DNA of 64,000 bases from Auanema rhodensis. Lineage: Eukaryota; Animalia; Nematoda. Under the pieces are notes generated by a model. The model saw nothing but the letters and a program-made list of their open reading frames with translations, searched no databases and was not told where the DNA came from. The stretch spans positions 8,370,001 to 8,434,000 of the forward strand of contig OZ059899.1 of NCBI GenBank assembly GCA_964057225.1. The letters are read 5' to 3'. Both the position numbers and the translations under genes were made by a program. Shown here in pieces: positions 42,301 to 57,300 of the stretch (position 1 is the first letter of the stretch; each line of letters begins with the position of its first letter).

Positions 42301-45300
42301 AGATGGAGTCGTGCTCGTTGTTGTAGATGGAGTCGTGCTAGTTGTTGTAGATGGAGTCGTGCTCGTTGTTGTAGATGGTGTCGTCGTTGACGTTGTAGAT
42401 GTTGTTGTGGATGGTGTCGTCGTTGACGTTGTAGATGTCGTCGTAGATGGAGTCGTGCTCGTTGTTGTAGATGGAGTCGTCGTTGATGTTGTTGATGTTG
42501 TTGTAGATGGAGTCGTCGTTGACGTTGTAGATGTTGTTGTAGATGGTGTCGTCGTTGACGTTGTAGATGTTGTCGTAGATGGAGTCGTGCTCGTTGTTGT
42601 AGATGGAGTCGTGCTAGTTGTTGTAGATGGAGTCGTGCTAGTTGTTGTAGATGGAGTCGTGCTCGTTGACGTTGTAGATGCTGTCGTAGATGGAGTCGTG
42701 CTCGTTGTTGTAGATGGAGTCGTCGTTGACGTTGTAGATGTTGTTGTAGATGGAGTTGTGCTCGTTGTTGTAGATGGAGTCGTCGTTGACGTTGTAGATG
42801 TCGTCGTAGATGGAGTCGTGCTCGTTGTCGTAGATGGAGTCGTCGTTGACGTTGTAGATGTTGTTGTGGATGGTGTCGTCGTTGACGTTGTAGATGTTGT
42901 TGTAGATGGAGTTGTGCTCGTTGTTGTAGATGGAGTCGTCGTTGACGTTGTAGATGTCGTCGTAGATGGAGTCGTGCTCGTTGTTGTAGATGGTGTCGTG
43001 CTAGTTGTTGTAGATGTTGTTGTAGATTTTGTCGTAGATGGAGTCGTGCTTGTTGTTGTTGATGGAGTCGTCGTTGACGTTGTAGATGTTGTTGTGGATG
43101 GTGTCGTCGTTGACGTTGTAGATGTTGTTGTAGATGGAGTTGTGCTCGTTGTTGTAGATGGAGTCGTCGTTGACGTTGTAGATGTCGTCGTAGATGGAGT
43201 CGTGCTCGTTGTTGTAGATGGTGTCGTCGTTGACGTTGTAGATGTTGTTGTAGATTTTGTCGTAGATGGAGTCGTGCTTGTTGTTGTTGATGGAGTCGTC
43301 GTTGACGTTGTAGACGTTGTTGTGGATGGTGTCGTCGTTGACGTTGTAGATGTCGTCGTAGATGGAGTCGTGCTCGTTGTTGTAGATGGAGTCGTGCTAG
43401 TTGTTGTAGATGGAGTCGTGCTCGTTGTTGTAGATGGTGTCGTCGTTGACGTCGTAGATGTTGTTGTAGATGGTGTCGTCGTTGACGTTGTAGATGTTGT
43501 TGTAGATGGTGTCGTCGTTGACGTTGTAGATGTTGTTGTAGATGGTGTCGTCGTTGACGTTGTAGATGTTGTCGTAGATGGAGTCGTGCTCGTTGTTGTA
43601 GATGGAGTCGTGCTAGTTGTTGTAGATGGAGTCGTGCTCGTTGTTGTAGATGGTGTCGTCGTTGACGTTGTAGATGTTGTCGTAGATGGAGTCGTGCTCG
43701 TTGTTGTAGATGGAGTAGTCGTTGACGTTGTAGATGTTGTTGTGGATGGTGTCGTCGTTGACGTTGTAGATGTTGTTGTTGATGGAGTCGTGCTCGTTGT
43801 TGTAGATGGTGTCGTCGTTGACGTTGTAGACGTTGTTGTGGATGGTGTCGTCGTTGACGTTGTAGATGTCGTCGTAGATGGAGTCGTGCTCGTTGTTGTA
43901 GATGGAGTCGTGCTAGTTGTTGTAGATGGAGTCGTGCTCGTTGTTGTAGATGGAGTCGTCGTTGACGTTGTAGATGTTGTTGTAGATGGAGTTGTGCTCG
44001 TTGTTGTAGATGGAGTCGTCGTTGACGTTGTAGATGTCGTCGTAGATGGAGTCGTGCTCGTTGTCGTAAATGGAGTCGTCGTTGACGTTGTAGATGTTGT
44101 TGTGGATGGTGTCGTCGTTGACGTTGTAGATGTTGTTGTAGATGGAGTTGTGCTCGTTGTTGTAGATGGAGTCGTCGTTGACGTTGTAGATGTCGTCGTA
44201 GATGGAGTCGTGCTCGTTGTTGTAGATGGTGTCGTCGTTGACGTTGTAGATGTTGTTGTAGATGTTGTCGTAGATGGAGTCGTGCTCGTTGTTGTTGATG
44301 GAGTCGTCGTTGACGTTGTAGACGTTGTTGTGGATGGTGTCGTCGTTGACGTTGTAGATGTCGTCGTAGATGGAGTCGTGCTCGTTGTTGTAGATGGAGT
44401 CGTCGTTGACGTTGTAGATGTTGTTGTGGATGGTGTCGTCGTTGACGTTGTAGATGTTGTTGTTGATGGAGTCGTGCTCGTTGTTGTAGATGGTGTCGTC
44501 GTTGACGTTGTAGACGTTGTTGTGGATGGTGTCGTCGTTGACGTTGTAGATGTCGTCGTAGATGGAGTCGTGCTCGTTGTTGTAGATGGAGTCGTGCTAG
44601 TTGTTGTAGATGGAGTCGTGCTCGTTGTTGTAGATGGAGTCGTCGTTGACGTTGTAGATGTTGTTGTAGATGGAGTTGTGCTCGTTGTTGTAGATGGAGT
44701 CGTCGTTGACGTTGTAGATGTCGTCGTAGATGGAGTCGTGCTCGTTGTCGTAGATGGAGTCGTCGTTGACGTTGTAGATGTTGTTGTGGATGGTGTCGTC
44801 GTTGACGTTGTAGATGTTGTTGTAGATGGAGTTGTGCTCGTTGTTGTAGATGGAGTCGTCGTTGACGTTGTAGATGTCGTCGTAGATGGAGTCGTGCTCG
44901 TTGTTGTAGATGGTGTCGTCGTTGACGTTGTAGATGTTGTTGTAGATGTTATCGTAGATGGAGTCGTGCTCGTTGTTGTTGATGGAGTCGTCGTTGACGT
45001 TGTAGACGTTGTTGTGGATGGTGTCGTCGTTGACGTTGTAGATGTCGTCGTAGATGGAGTCGTGCTCGTTGTTGTAGATGGAGTCGTCGTTGACGTTGTA
45101 GATGTTGTTGTGGATGGTGTCGTCGTTGACGTTGTAGATGTTGTTGTAGATGGAGTTGTGCTCGTTGTTGTAGATCGAGTCGTCGTTGACGTTGTAGATG
45201 TCGTCGTAGATGGTGTCGTGCTCGTTGTTGTAGATGGTGTCGTCGTTGACGTTGTAGATGTTGTTGTAGATGTTGTCGTAGATGGAGTCGTGCTCGTTGT

Positions 45301-48300
45301 TGTTGATGGAGTCGTCGTTGACGTTGTAGACGTTGTTGTGGATGGTGTCGTCGTTGACGTTGTAGATGTCGTCGTAGATGGAGTCGTGCTCGTTGTTGTA
45401 GATGGAGTCGTGCTCGTTGTTGTAGATGGTGTCGTCGTTGACGTTGTAGACGTTGTTGTGGATGGTGTCGTCGTTGACGTTGTAGATGTCGTCGTAGATG
45501 GAGTCGTGCTCGTTGTTGTAGATGGAGTCGTGCTAGTTGTTGTAGATGGAGTCGTGCTCGTTGTTGTAGATGGTGTCGTCGTTGACGTTGTAGATGTTGT
45601 TGTAGATGGTGTCGTCGTTGACGTTGTAGATGTTGTAATAGATGGTGTCGTCGTTGACGTTGTAGATGTTGTTGTAGATGGTGTCGTCGTTGACGTTGTA
45701 GATGTTGTCGTAGATGGAGTCGTGCTCGTTGTTGTAGATGGAGTCGTGCTAGTTGTTGTAGATGGTGTCGTCGTTGACGTTGTAGATGTTGTTGTAGATG
45801 GAGTCGTCGTTGACGTTGTAGATGTTGTTGTAGATGGTATCGTCGTTGACGTTGTAGATGTTGTTGTAGATGGAGTCGTCGTTGACGTTGTAGATGTTGT
45901 TGTAGATGGAGTCGTGCTCGTTGTTGTTGATGGAGTCGTCGTTGACGTTGTAGACGTTGTTGTGGATGGTGTCGTCGTTGACGTTGTAGATGTTGTTGTT
46001 GATGGAGTCGTGCTCGTTGTTGTAGATGGAGTCGTGCTCGTTGTTGTAGATGGAGTCGTGCTCGTTGTTGTAGATGGTGTCGTCGTTGACGTTGTAGATG
46101 TTGTTGTAGATGTTGTCGTAGATGGAGTCGTGCTCGTTGTTGTTGATGGAGTCGTCGTTGACGTTGTAGACGTTGTTGTGGATGGTGTCGTCGTTGACGT
46201 TGTAGATGTCGTCGTAGATGGAGTCGTGCTCGTTGTTGTAGATGGAGTCGTGCTCGTTGTTGTAGATGGAGTCGTGCTCGTTGTTGTAGATGGTGTCGTC
46301 GTTGACGTTGTAGATGTTGTTGTAGATGGTGTCGTCGTTGACGTTGTAGATGTTGTTGTAGATGGTGTCGTCGTTGACGTTGTAGATGTTGTTGTAGATG
46401 GTGTCGTCGTTGACGTTGTAGATGTTGTCGTAGATGGAGTCGTGCTCGTTGTTGTAGATGGAGTCGTCGTTGACGTTGTAGATGTTGTTGTGGATGGAGT
46501 CGTGCTCGTTGTTGTAGATGGAGTCGTCGTTGACGTTGTAGATGTTGTTGTAGATGGAGTTGTGCTCGTTGTTGTAGATGGAGTTGTCGTTGACGTTGTA
46601 GATGTCGTTGTGGATGGCGTCGTGCTCGTTATTGTAGATGGAGTCGTCGTTGACGTTGTAGATGTTGTTGTGGATGGAGTCGTGCTCGTTGTTGTAGATG
46701 GAGTCGTCGTTGACGTTGTAGATGTTGTTGTAGATGGAGTCGTGCTCGTTGTTGTAGATGGAGTCGTCGTTGACGTTGTAGATGTTGTTGTAGATGGAGT
46801 TGGGCTCGTTGTTGTAGATGGAGTCGTCGTTGACGTTGTAGATGTCGTCGTAGATGGAGTCGTGCTCGTTGTTGTAGATGGAGTCGTCGTTGACGTTGTA
46901 GATGTTGTTGTGGATGGAGTCGTGCTCGTTGTTGTAGATGGAGTCGTCGTTGACGTTGTAGATGTTGTTGTAGATGGAGTCGTGCTCGTTGTTGTAGATG
47001 GAGTTGTCGTTGACGTTGTAGATGTCGTTGTGGATGGCGTCGTCGTTGACGTTGTAGATGTTGTTGTAGATGCAGTTGTGCTCGTTGTTGTAGATGGAGT
47101 CGTCGTTGACGTTGTAGATGTTGTTGTAGATGGAGTCGTGCTCGTTGTAGTAGATGGTGTCGTCGTTGACGTTGTAGATGTCGTCGTAGATGGAGTCGTG
47201 CTCGTTGTTGTAGATGGAGTTGTGCTCGTTGTTGTAGATGGAGTCGTCGTTGACGTTGTAGATGTTGTTGTAGATGTTGTCGTAGATGGAGTCGTGCTCG
47301 TTGTTGTAGATGGAGTCGTGCTAGTTGTTGTAGATGGTGTCGTCGTTGACGTTGTAGATGTTGTTGTAGATGGAGTCGTCGTTGACGTTGCAGATGTTGT
47401 TGTGGATGGTGTCGTCGTTGACGTTGTAGATGTTGTTGTAGATGGAGTCGTCGTTGACGTTGAAGATGTTGTCGTAGATGGAGTCGTGCTCGTTGTCGTT
47501 GATGGAGTCGTCGTTGACGTTGTAGATGTTGTTGTGGATGGTGTCGTCGTTGACGTTGTTGATGTCGTCGTAGATGGAGTCGTGCTCGTTGTTGTAGATG
47601 GAGTTGTGCTCGTTGTTGTAGATGGAGTCGTCGTTGACGTTGTAGATGTCGTCGTAGATGGAGTCGTGCTCGTTGTTGTAGATGGAGTCGTGCTCGTTGT
47701 TGTAGATGGAGTTGTCGTTGACGTTGTAGATGTTGTTGTGGATGGTGTCGTCGTTGACGTTGTAGATGTTGTTGTAGATGGAGTCGTGCTCGTTGTTGTA
47801 GATGGAGTCGTGCTCGTTGTTGTAGATGGAGTTGTCGTTGACGTTGTAGATGTTGTTGTGGATGGTGTCGTCGTTGACGTTGTAGATGTCGTTGTGGATG
47901 GCGTCGTGCTCGTTGTTGTAGATGGAGTCGTCGTTGACGTTGTAGATGTTGTTGTGGATGGAGTCGTGCTCGTTGTTGTAGATGGAGTTGTGCTCGTTGT
48001 TGTAGATGGTGTCGTCGTTGACGTTGTAGATGTTGTTGTAGATGGAGTCGTGCTCGTTGTTGTAGATGGAGTCGTGCTCGTTGTTGTAGATGGAGTTGTG
48101 CTCGTTGTTGTAGATGGAGTCGTCGTTGACGTTGTAGATGTTGTTGTGGATGGAGTCGTCGTTGACGTTGTAGATGTTGTCGTAGATGGAGTCGTGCTCG
48201 TTGTCGTTGATGGAGTCGTCGTTGACGTTGTAGATGTTGTTGTGGATGGTGTCGTCGTTGACGTTGTTGATGTCGTCGTAGATGGAGTCGTGCTCGTTGT

Positions 48301-51300
48301 TGTAGATGGAGTCGTCGTTGATGTTGTTGATGTTGTTGTAGATGGAGTCGTGCTCGTTGTTGTAGATGGAGTCGTGCTCGTTGTTGTAGATGGAGTTGTC
48401 GTTGACGTTGTAGATGTTGTTGTGGATGGTGTCGTCGTTGACGTTGTAGATGTTGTTGTAGATGGAGTCGTGCTCGTTGTTGTAGATGGAGTTGTGCTCG
48501 TTGTTGTAGATGGTGTCGTCGTTGATGTTGTAGATGTTGTTGTGGATGGTGTCGTCGTTGACGTTGTAGATGTTGTTGTAGATGGAGTCGTCGTTGACGT
48601 TGTAGATGTTGTTGTGGATGGTGTCGTCGTTGACGTTGTTGATGTCGTCGTAGATGGAGTCGTGCTCGTTGTTGTGGATGGTGTCGTCGTTGACGTTGTA
48701 GATGTTGTTGTAGATGGAGTTGTGCTCGTTGTTGTAGATGGAGTCGTCGTTGACGTTGTAGATGTCGTCGTAGATGGAGTCGTGCTCGTTGTTGTAGATG
48801 GAGTCGTCGTTGACGTTGTAGATGTTGTTGTAGATGGAGTCGTGCTCGTTGTTGTAGATGGTGTCGTCGTTGACGTTGTAGATGTTGTTGTAGATGGTGT
48901 CGTCGTTGACGTTGTAGATGTCGTCGTAGATGGAGTCGTGCTCGTTGTTGTAGATGGAGTCGTCGTTGACGTTGTAGATGTTGTTGTGGATGGTGTCGTC
49001 GTTGACGTTGTAGATGTTGTTGTAGATGGAGTCGTGCTCGTTGTTGTAGATGGAGTTGTGCTCGTTGTTGTAGATGGTGTCGTCGTTGACGTTGTAGATG
49101 TTGTTGTGGATGGTGTCGTCGTTGACGTTGTAGATGTTGTTGTAGATGGAGTCGTCGTTGACGTTGTAGATGTTGTTGTGGATGGTGTCGTCGTTGACGT
49201 TGTTGATGTCGTCGTAGATGGAGTCGTGCTCGTTGTTGTGGATGGTGTCGTCGTTGACGTTGTAGATGTTGTTGTAGATGGAGTTGTGCTCGTTGTTGTA
49301 GATGGAGTCGTCGTTGACGTTGTAGATGTCGTCGTAGATGGAGTCGTGCTCGTTGTTGTAGATGGAGTCGTCGTTGACGTTGTAGATGTTGTTGTAGATG
49401 GAGTCGTGCTCGTTGTTGTAGATGGTGTCGTCGTTGACGTTGTAGATGTTGTTGTAGATGGTGTCGTCGTTGACGTTGTAGATGTCGTCGTAGATGGAGT
49501 CGTGCTCGTTGTTGTAGATGGAGTCGTCGTTGACGTTGTAGATGTTGTTGTGGATGGTGTCGTCGTTGACGTTGTAGATGTTGTTGTAGATGGAGTCGTG
49601 CTCGTTGTTGTAGATGGAGTTGTGCTCGTTGTTGTAGATGGTGTCGTCGTTGACGTTGTAGATGTTGTTGTGGATGGTGTCGTCGTTGACGTTGTAGATG
49701 TTGTTGTAGATGGAGTCGTCGTTGACGTTGTAGATGTTGTTGTGGATGGTGTCGTCGTTGACGTTGTTGATGTCGTCGTAGATGGAGTCGTGCTCGTTGT
49801 TGTGGATGGTGTCGTCGTTGACGTTGTAGATGTTGTTGTAGATGGAGTTGTGCTCGTTGTTGTAGATGGAGTCGTCGTTGACGTTGTAGATGTTGTTGTA
49901 GATGGAGTCGTGCTCGTTGTTGTAGATGGAGTTGTCGTTGACGTTGTAGATGTCGTTGTGGATGGAGTCGTGCTCGTTGTTGTAGATGGTGTCGTCGTTG
50001 ACGTTGTAGATGTTGTTGTGGATGGTGTCGTCGTTGACGTTGTAGATGTCGTTGTGGATGGCGTCGTGCTCGTTGTTGTAGATGGAGTCGTCGTTGACGT
50101 TGTAGATGTTGTTGTGGATGGAGTCGTGCTCGTTGTTGTAGATGGAGTTGTGCTCGTTGTTGTAGATGGTGTCGTCGTTGACGTTGTAGATGTTGTTGTA
50201 GATGGAGTCGTGTTCGTTGTTGTAGATGGAGTCGTGCTCGTTGTTGTAGATGGAGTTGTGCTCGTTGTTGTAGATGGAGTCGTCGTTGACGTTGTAGATG
50301 TCGTCGTAGATGGAGTCGTGCTCGTTGTTGTAGATGGAGTCGTGCTCGTTGTTGTAGATGGAGTTGTCGTTGACGTTGTAGATGTTGTTGTGGATGGTGT
50401 CGTCGTTGACGTTGTAGATGTTGTTGTGGATGGTGTCGTCGTTGACGTTGTAGATGTTGTTGTAGATGGAGTCGTCGTTGACGTTGTAGATGTTGTCGTA
50501 GATGGAGTCGTGCTCGTTGTCGTTGATGGAGTCGTCGTTGACGTTGTAGATGTTGTTGTGGATGGTGTCGTCGTTGACGTTGTTGATGTCGTCGTAGATG
50601 GAGTCGTGCTCGTTGTTGTAGATGGAGTCGTCGTTGATGTTGTTGATGTTGTTGTAGATGGAGTCGTGCTCGTTGTTGTAGATGGAGTCGTGCTCGTTGT
50701 TGTAGATGGAGTTGTCGTTGACGTTGTAGATGTTGTTGTGGATGGTGTCGTCGTTGACGTTGTAGATGTTGTTGTAGATGGAGTCGTGCTCGTTGTTGTA
50801 GATGGAGTTGTGCTCGTTGTTGTAGATGGTGTCGTCGTTGATGTTGTAGATGTTGTTGTGGATGGTGTCGTCGTTGACGTTGTAGATGTTGTTGTAGATG
50901 GAGTCGTCGTTGACGTTGTAGATGTTGTTGTGGATGGTGTCGTCGTTGACGTTGTTGATGTCGTCGTAGATGGAGTCGTGCTCGTTGTTGTGGATGGTGT
51001 CGTCGTTGACGTTGTAGATGTTGTTGTAGATGGAGTTGTGCTCGTTGTTGTAGATGGAGTCGTCGTTGACGTTGTAGATGTCGTCGTAGATGGAGTCGTG
51101 CTCGTTGTTGTAGATGGAGTCGTCGTTGACGTTGTAGATGTTGTTGTAGATGGAGTCGTGCTCGTTGTTGTAGATGGTGTCGTCGTTGACGTTGTAGATG
51201 TTGTTGTAGATGGTGTCGTCGTTGACGTTGTAGATGTCGTCGTAGATGGAGTCGTGCTCGTTGTTGTAGATGGAGTCGTCGTTGACGTTGTAGATGTTGT

Positions 51301-54300
51301 TGTGGATGGTGTCGTCGTTGACGTTGTAGATGTTGTTGTAGATGGAGTCGTGCTCGTTGTTGTAGATGGAGTTGTGCTCGTTGTTGTAGATGGTGTCGTC
51401 GTTGACGTTGTAGATGTTGTTGTGGATGGTGTCGTCGTTGACGTTGTAGATGTTGTTGTAGATGGAGTCGTCGTTGACGTTGTAGATGTTGTTGTGGATG
51501 GTGTCGTCGTTGACGTTGTTGATGTCGTCGTAGATGGAGTCGTGCTCGTTGTTGTGGATGGTGTCGTCGTTGACGTTGTAGATGTTGTTGTAGATGGAGT
51601 TGTGCTCGTTGTTGTAGATGGAGTCGTCGTTGACGTTGTAGATGTCGTCGTAGATGGAGTCGTGCTCGTTGTTGTAGATGGAGTCGTGCTCGTTGTTGTA
51701 GATGGAGTTGTCGTTGACGTTGTAGATGTTGTTGTAGATGGAGTCGTGCTCGTTGTTGTAGATGGTGTCGTCGTTGACGTTGTAGATGTTGTTGTAGATG
51801 GTGTCGTCGTTGACGTTGTAGATGTCGTCGTAGATGGAGTCGTGCTCGTTGTTGTAGATGGAGTCGTCGTTGACGTTGTAGATGTTGTTGTGGATGGTGT
51901 CGTCGTTGACGTTGTAGATGTTGTTGTAGATGGAGTCGTGCTCGTTGTTGTAGATGGAGTTGTGCTCGTTGTTGTAGATGGTGTCGTCGTTGACGTTGTA
52001 GATGTTGTTGTGGATGGTGTCGTCGTTGACGTTGTAGATGTTGTTGTGGATGGTGTCGTCGTTGACGTTGTAGATGTTGTTGTAGATGGAGTCGTCGTTG
52101 ACGTTGTAGATGTTGTCGTAGATGGAGTCGTGCTCGTTGTCGTTGATGGAGTCGTCGTTGACGTTGTAGATGTTGTTGTGGATGGTGTCGTCGTTGACGT
52201 TGTTGATGTCGTCGTAGATGGAGTCGTGCTCGTTGTTGTAGATGGAGTCGTCGTTGATGTTGTTGATGTTGTTGTAGATGGAGTCGTGCTCGTTGTTGTA
52301 GATGGAGTCGTGCTCGTTGTTGTAGATGGAGTTGTCGTTGACGTTGTAGATGTTGTTGTGGATGGTGTCGTCGTTGACGTTGTAGATGTTGTTGTAGATG
52401 GAGTCGTGCTCGTTGTTGTAGATGGAGTTGTGCTCGTTGTTGTAGATGGTGTCGTCGTTGATGTTGTAGATGTTGTTGTGGATGGTGTCGTCGTTGACGT
52501 TGTAGATGTTGTTGTAGATGGAGTCGTCGTTGACGTTGTAGATGTTGTTGTGGATGGTGTCGTCGTTGACGTTGTTGATGTCGTCGTAGATGGAGTCGTG
52601 CTCGTTGTTGTGGATGGTGTCGTCGTTGACGTTGTAGATGTTGTTGTAGATGGAGTTGTGCTCGTTGTTGTAGATGGAGTCGTCGTTGACGTTGTAGATG
52701 TCGTCGTAGATGGAGTCGTGCTCGTTGTTGTAGATGGAGTCGTCGTTGACGTTGTAGATGTTGTTGTAGATGGAGTCGTGCTCGTTGTTGTAGATGGTGT
52801 CGTCGTTGACGTTGTAGATGTTGTTGTAGATGGTGTCGTCGTTGACGTTGTAGATGTCGTCGTAGATGGAGTCGTGCTCGTTGTTGTAGATGGAGTCGTC
52901 GTTGACGTTGTAGATGTTGTTGTGGATGGTGTCGTCGTTGACGTTGTAGATGTTGTTGTAGATGGAGTCGTGCTCGTTGTTGTAGATGGAGTTGTGCTCG
53001 TTGTTGTAGATGGTGTCGTCGTTGACGTTGTAGATGTTGTTGTGGATGGTGTCGTCGTTGACGTTGTAGATGTTGTTGTAGATGGAGTCGTCGTTGACGT
53101 TGTAGATGTTGTTGTGGATGGTGTCGTCGTTGACGTTGTTGATGTCGTCGTAGATGGAGTCGTGCTCGTTGTTGTGGATGGTGTCGTCGTTGACGTTGTA
53201 GATGTTGTTGTAGATGGAGTTGTGCTCGTTGTTGTAGATGGAGTCGTCGTTGACGTTGTAGATGTCGTCGTAGATGGAGTCGTGCTCGTTGTTGTAGATG
53301 GAGTCGTCGTTGACGTTGTAGATGTTGTTGTAGATGGAGTCGTGCTCGTTGTTGTAGATGGTGTCGTCGTTGACGTTGTAGATGTTGTTGTAGATGGTGT
53401 CGTCGTTGACGTTGTAGATGTCGTCGTAGATGGAGTCGTGCTCGTTGTTGTAGATGGAGTCGTCGTTGACGTTGTAGATGTTGTTGTGGATGGTGTCGTC
53501 GTTGACGTTGTAGATGTTGTTGTAGATGGAGTCGTGCTCGTTGTTGTAGATGGAGTTGTGCTCGTTGTTGTAGATGGTGTCGTCGTTGACGTTGTAGATG
53601 TTGTTGTGGATGGTGTCGTCGTTGACGTTGTAGATGTTGTTGTAGATGGAGTCGTCGTTGACGTTGTAGATGTTGTTGTGGATGGTGTCGTCGTTGACGT
53701 TGTTGATGTCGTCGTAGATGGAGTCGTGCTCGTTGTTGTGGATGGTGTCGTCGTTGACGTTGTAGATGTTGTTGTAGATGGAGTTGTGCTCGTTGTTGTA
53801 GATGGAGTCGTCGTTGACGTTGTAGATGTCGTCGTAGATGGAGTCGTGCTCGTTGTTGTAGATGGAGTCGTCGTTGACGTTGTAGATGTTGTTGTAGATG
53901 GAGTCGTGCTCGTTGTTGTAGATGGTGTCGTCGTTGACGTTGTAGATGTTGTTGTAGATGGTGTCGTCGTTGACGTTGTAGATGTCGTCGTAGATGGAGT
54001 CGTGCTCGTTGTTGTAGATGGAGTCGTCGTTGACGTTGTAGATGTTGTTGTGGATGGAGTCGTGCTCGTTGTTGTAGATGGAGTCGTCGTTGACGTTGTA
54101 GATGTTGTTGTAGATGGAGTTGTGCTCGTTGTTGTAGATGGAGTTGTCGTTGACGTTGTAGATGTCGTTGTGGATGGCGTCGTGCTCGTTGTTGTAGATG
54201 GAGTCGTCGTTGACGTTGTAGATGTTGTTGTGGATGGAGTCGTGCTCGTTGTTGTAGATGGAGTCGTCGTTGACGTTGTAGATGTTGTTGTAGATGGAGT

Positions 54301-57300
54301 CGTGCTCGTTGTTGTAGATGGAGTTGTCGTTGACGTTGTAGATGTCGTTGTGGATGGCGTCGTCGTTGACGTTGTAGATGTTGTTGTAGATGCAGTTGTG
54401 CTCGTTGTTGTAGATGGTGTCGTCGTTGACGTTGTAGATGTCGTCGTAGATGGAGTTGTGCTCGTTGTTGTAGATGGAGTTGTCGTTGACGTTGTAGATG
54501 TTGTTGTGGATGGTGTCGTCGTTGACGTTGTAGATGTTGTTGTAGATGGAGTCGTGCTCGTTGTTGTAGATGGAGTTGTGCTCGTTGTTGTAGATGGTGT
54601 CGTCGTTGACGTTGTAGATGTTGTTGTGGATGGTGTCGTCGTTGACGTTGTAGATGTTGTTGTAGATGGAGTCGTCGTTGACGTTGTAGATGTTGTTGTG
54701 GATGGTGTCGTCGTTGACGTTGTTGATGTCGTCGTAGATGGAGTCGTGCTCGTTGTTGTGGATGGTGTCGTCGTTGACGTTGTAGATGTTGTTGTAGATG
54801 GAGTTGTGCTCGTTGTTGTAGATGGAGTCGTCGTTGACGTTGTAGATGTCGTCGTAGATGGAGTCGTGCTCGTTGTTGTAGATGGAGTCGTCGTTGACGT
54901 TGTAGATGTTGTTGTAGATGGAGTCGTGCTCGTTGTTGTAGATGGAGTCGTCGTTGACGTTGTAGATGTCGTCGTAGATGGAGTCGTGCTCGTTGTTGTA
55001 GATGGAGTCGTCGTTGACGTTGTAGATGTTGTTGTAGATGGAGTCGTGCTCGTTGTTGTAGATGGTGTCGTCGTTGACGTTGTAGATGTTGTTGTAGATG
55101 GTGTCGTCGTTGACGTTGTAGATGTCGTCGTAGATGGAGTCGTGCTCGTTGTTGTAGATGGAGTCGTCGTTGACGTTGTAGATGTTGTTGTGGATGGTGT
55201 CGTCGTTGACGTTGTTGATGTCGTCGTAGATGGAGTCGTGCTCGTTGTTGTGGATGGTGTCGTCGTTGACGTTGTAGATGTTGTTGTAGATGGAGTTGTG
55301 CTCGTTGTTGTAGATGGAGTCGTCGTTGACGTTGTAGATGTCGTCGTAGATGGAGTCGTGCTCGTTGTTGTAGATGGAGTCGTCGTTGACGTTGTAGATG
55401 TTGTTGTAGATGGAGTCGTGCTCGTTGTTGTAGATGGTGTCGTCGTTGACGTTGTAGATGTTGTTGTAGATGGTGTCGTCGTTGACGTTGTAGATGTCGT
55501 CGTAGATGGAGTCGTGCTCGTTGTTGTAGATGGAGTCGTCGTTGACGTTGTAGATGTTGTTGTGGATGGAGTCGTGCTCGTTGTTGTAGATGGAGTCGTC
55601 GTTGACGTTGTAGATGTTGTTGTAGATGGAGTTGTGCTCGTTGTTGTAGATGGAGTTGTCGTTGACGTTGTAGATGTCGTTGTGGATGGCGTCGTGCTCG
55701 TTGTTGTAGATGGAGTCGTCGTTGACGTTGTAGATGTTGTTGTGGATGGAGTCGTGCTCGTTGTTGTAGATGGAGTCGTCGTTGACGTTGTAGATGTTGT
55801 TGTAGATGGAGTCGTGCTCGTTGTTGTAGATGGAGTTGTCGTTGACGTTGTAGATGTCGTTGTGGATGGCGTCGTCGTTGACGTTGTAGATGTTGTTGTA
55901 GATGCAGTTGTGCTCGTTGTTGTAGATGGTGTCGTCGTTGACGTTGTAGATGTCGTCGTAGATGGAGTTGTGCTCGTTGTTGTAGATGGAGTTGTCGTTG
56001 ACGTTGTAGATGTTGTTGTGGATGGTGTCGTCGTTGACGTTGTAGATGTTGTTGTAGATGGAGTCGTGCTCGTTGTTGTAGATGGAGTTGTGCTCGTTGT
56101 TGTAGATGGTGTCGTCGTTGACGTTGTAGATGTTGTTGTGGATGGTGTCGTCGTTGACGTTGTAGATGTTGTTGTAGATGGAGTCGTCGTTGACGTTGTA
56201 GATGTTGTTGTGGATGGTGTCGTCGTTGACGTTGTTGATGTCGTCGTAGATGGAGTCGTGCTCGTTGTTGTGGATGGTGTCGTCGTTGACGTTGTAGATG
56301 TTGTTGTAGATGGAGTTGTGCTCGTTGTTGTAGATGGAGTCGTCGTTGACGTTGTAGATGTCGTCGTAGATGGAGTCGTGCTCGTTGTTGTAGATGGAGT
56401 CGTCGTTGACGTTGTAGATGTTGTTGTAGATGGAGTCGTGCTCGTTGTTGTAGATGGTGTCGTCGTTGACGTTGTAGATGTTGTTGTAGATGGTGTCGTC
56501 GTTGACGTTGTAGATGTCGTCGTAGATGGAGTCGTGCTCGTTGTTGTAGATGGAGTCGTCGTTGACGTTGTAGATGTTGTTGTGGATGGAGTCGTGCTCG
56601 TTGTTGTAGATGGAGTCGTCGTTGACGTTGTAGATGTTGTTGTAGATGGAGTTGTGCTCGTTGTTGTAGATGGAGTTGTCGTTGACGTTGTAGATGTCGT
56701 TGTGGATGGCGTCGTGCTCGTTGTTGTAGATGGAGTCGTCGTTGACGTTGTAGATGTTGTTGTGGATGGAGTCGTGCTCGTTGTTGTAGATGGAGTCGTC
56801 GTTGACGTTGTAGATGTTGTTGTAGATGGAGTCGTGCTCGTTGTTGTAGATGGAGTTGTCGTTGACGTTGTAGATGTCGTTGTGGATGGCGTCGTCGTTG
56901 ACGTTGTAGATGTTGTTGTAGATGCAGTTGTGCTCGTTGTTGTAGATGGAGTCGTCGTTGACGTTGTAGATGTCGTCGTAGATGGAGTTGTGCTCGTTGT
57001 TGTAGATGGAGTCGTCGTTGACGTTGTAGATGTTGTTGTAGATGGAGTTGTGCTCGTTGTTGTAGATGGAGTTGTCGTTGACGTTGTAGATGTCGTTGTG
57101 GATGGCGTCGTGCTCGATGTTGTAGATGGAGTCGTCGTTGACGTTGTAGATGTTGTTGTGGATGGAGTCGTGCTCGTTGTTGTAGATGGAGTCGTCGTTG
57201 ACGTTGTAGATGTTGTTGTAGATGGAGTCGTGCTCGTTGTTGTAGATGGAGTTGTCGTTGACGTTGTAGATGTCGTTGTGGATGGCGTCGTCGTTGACGT

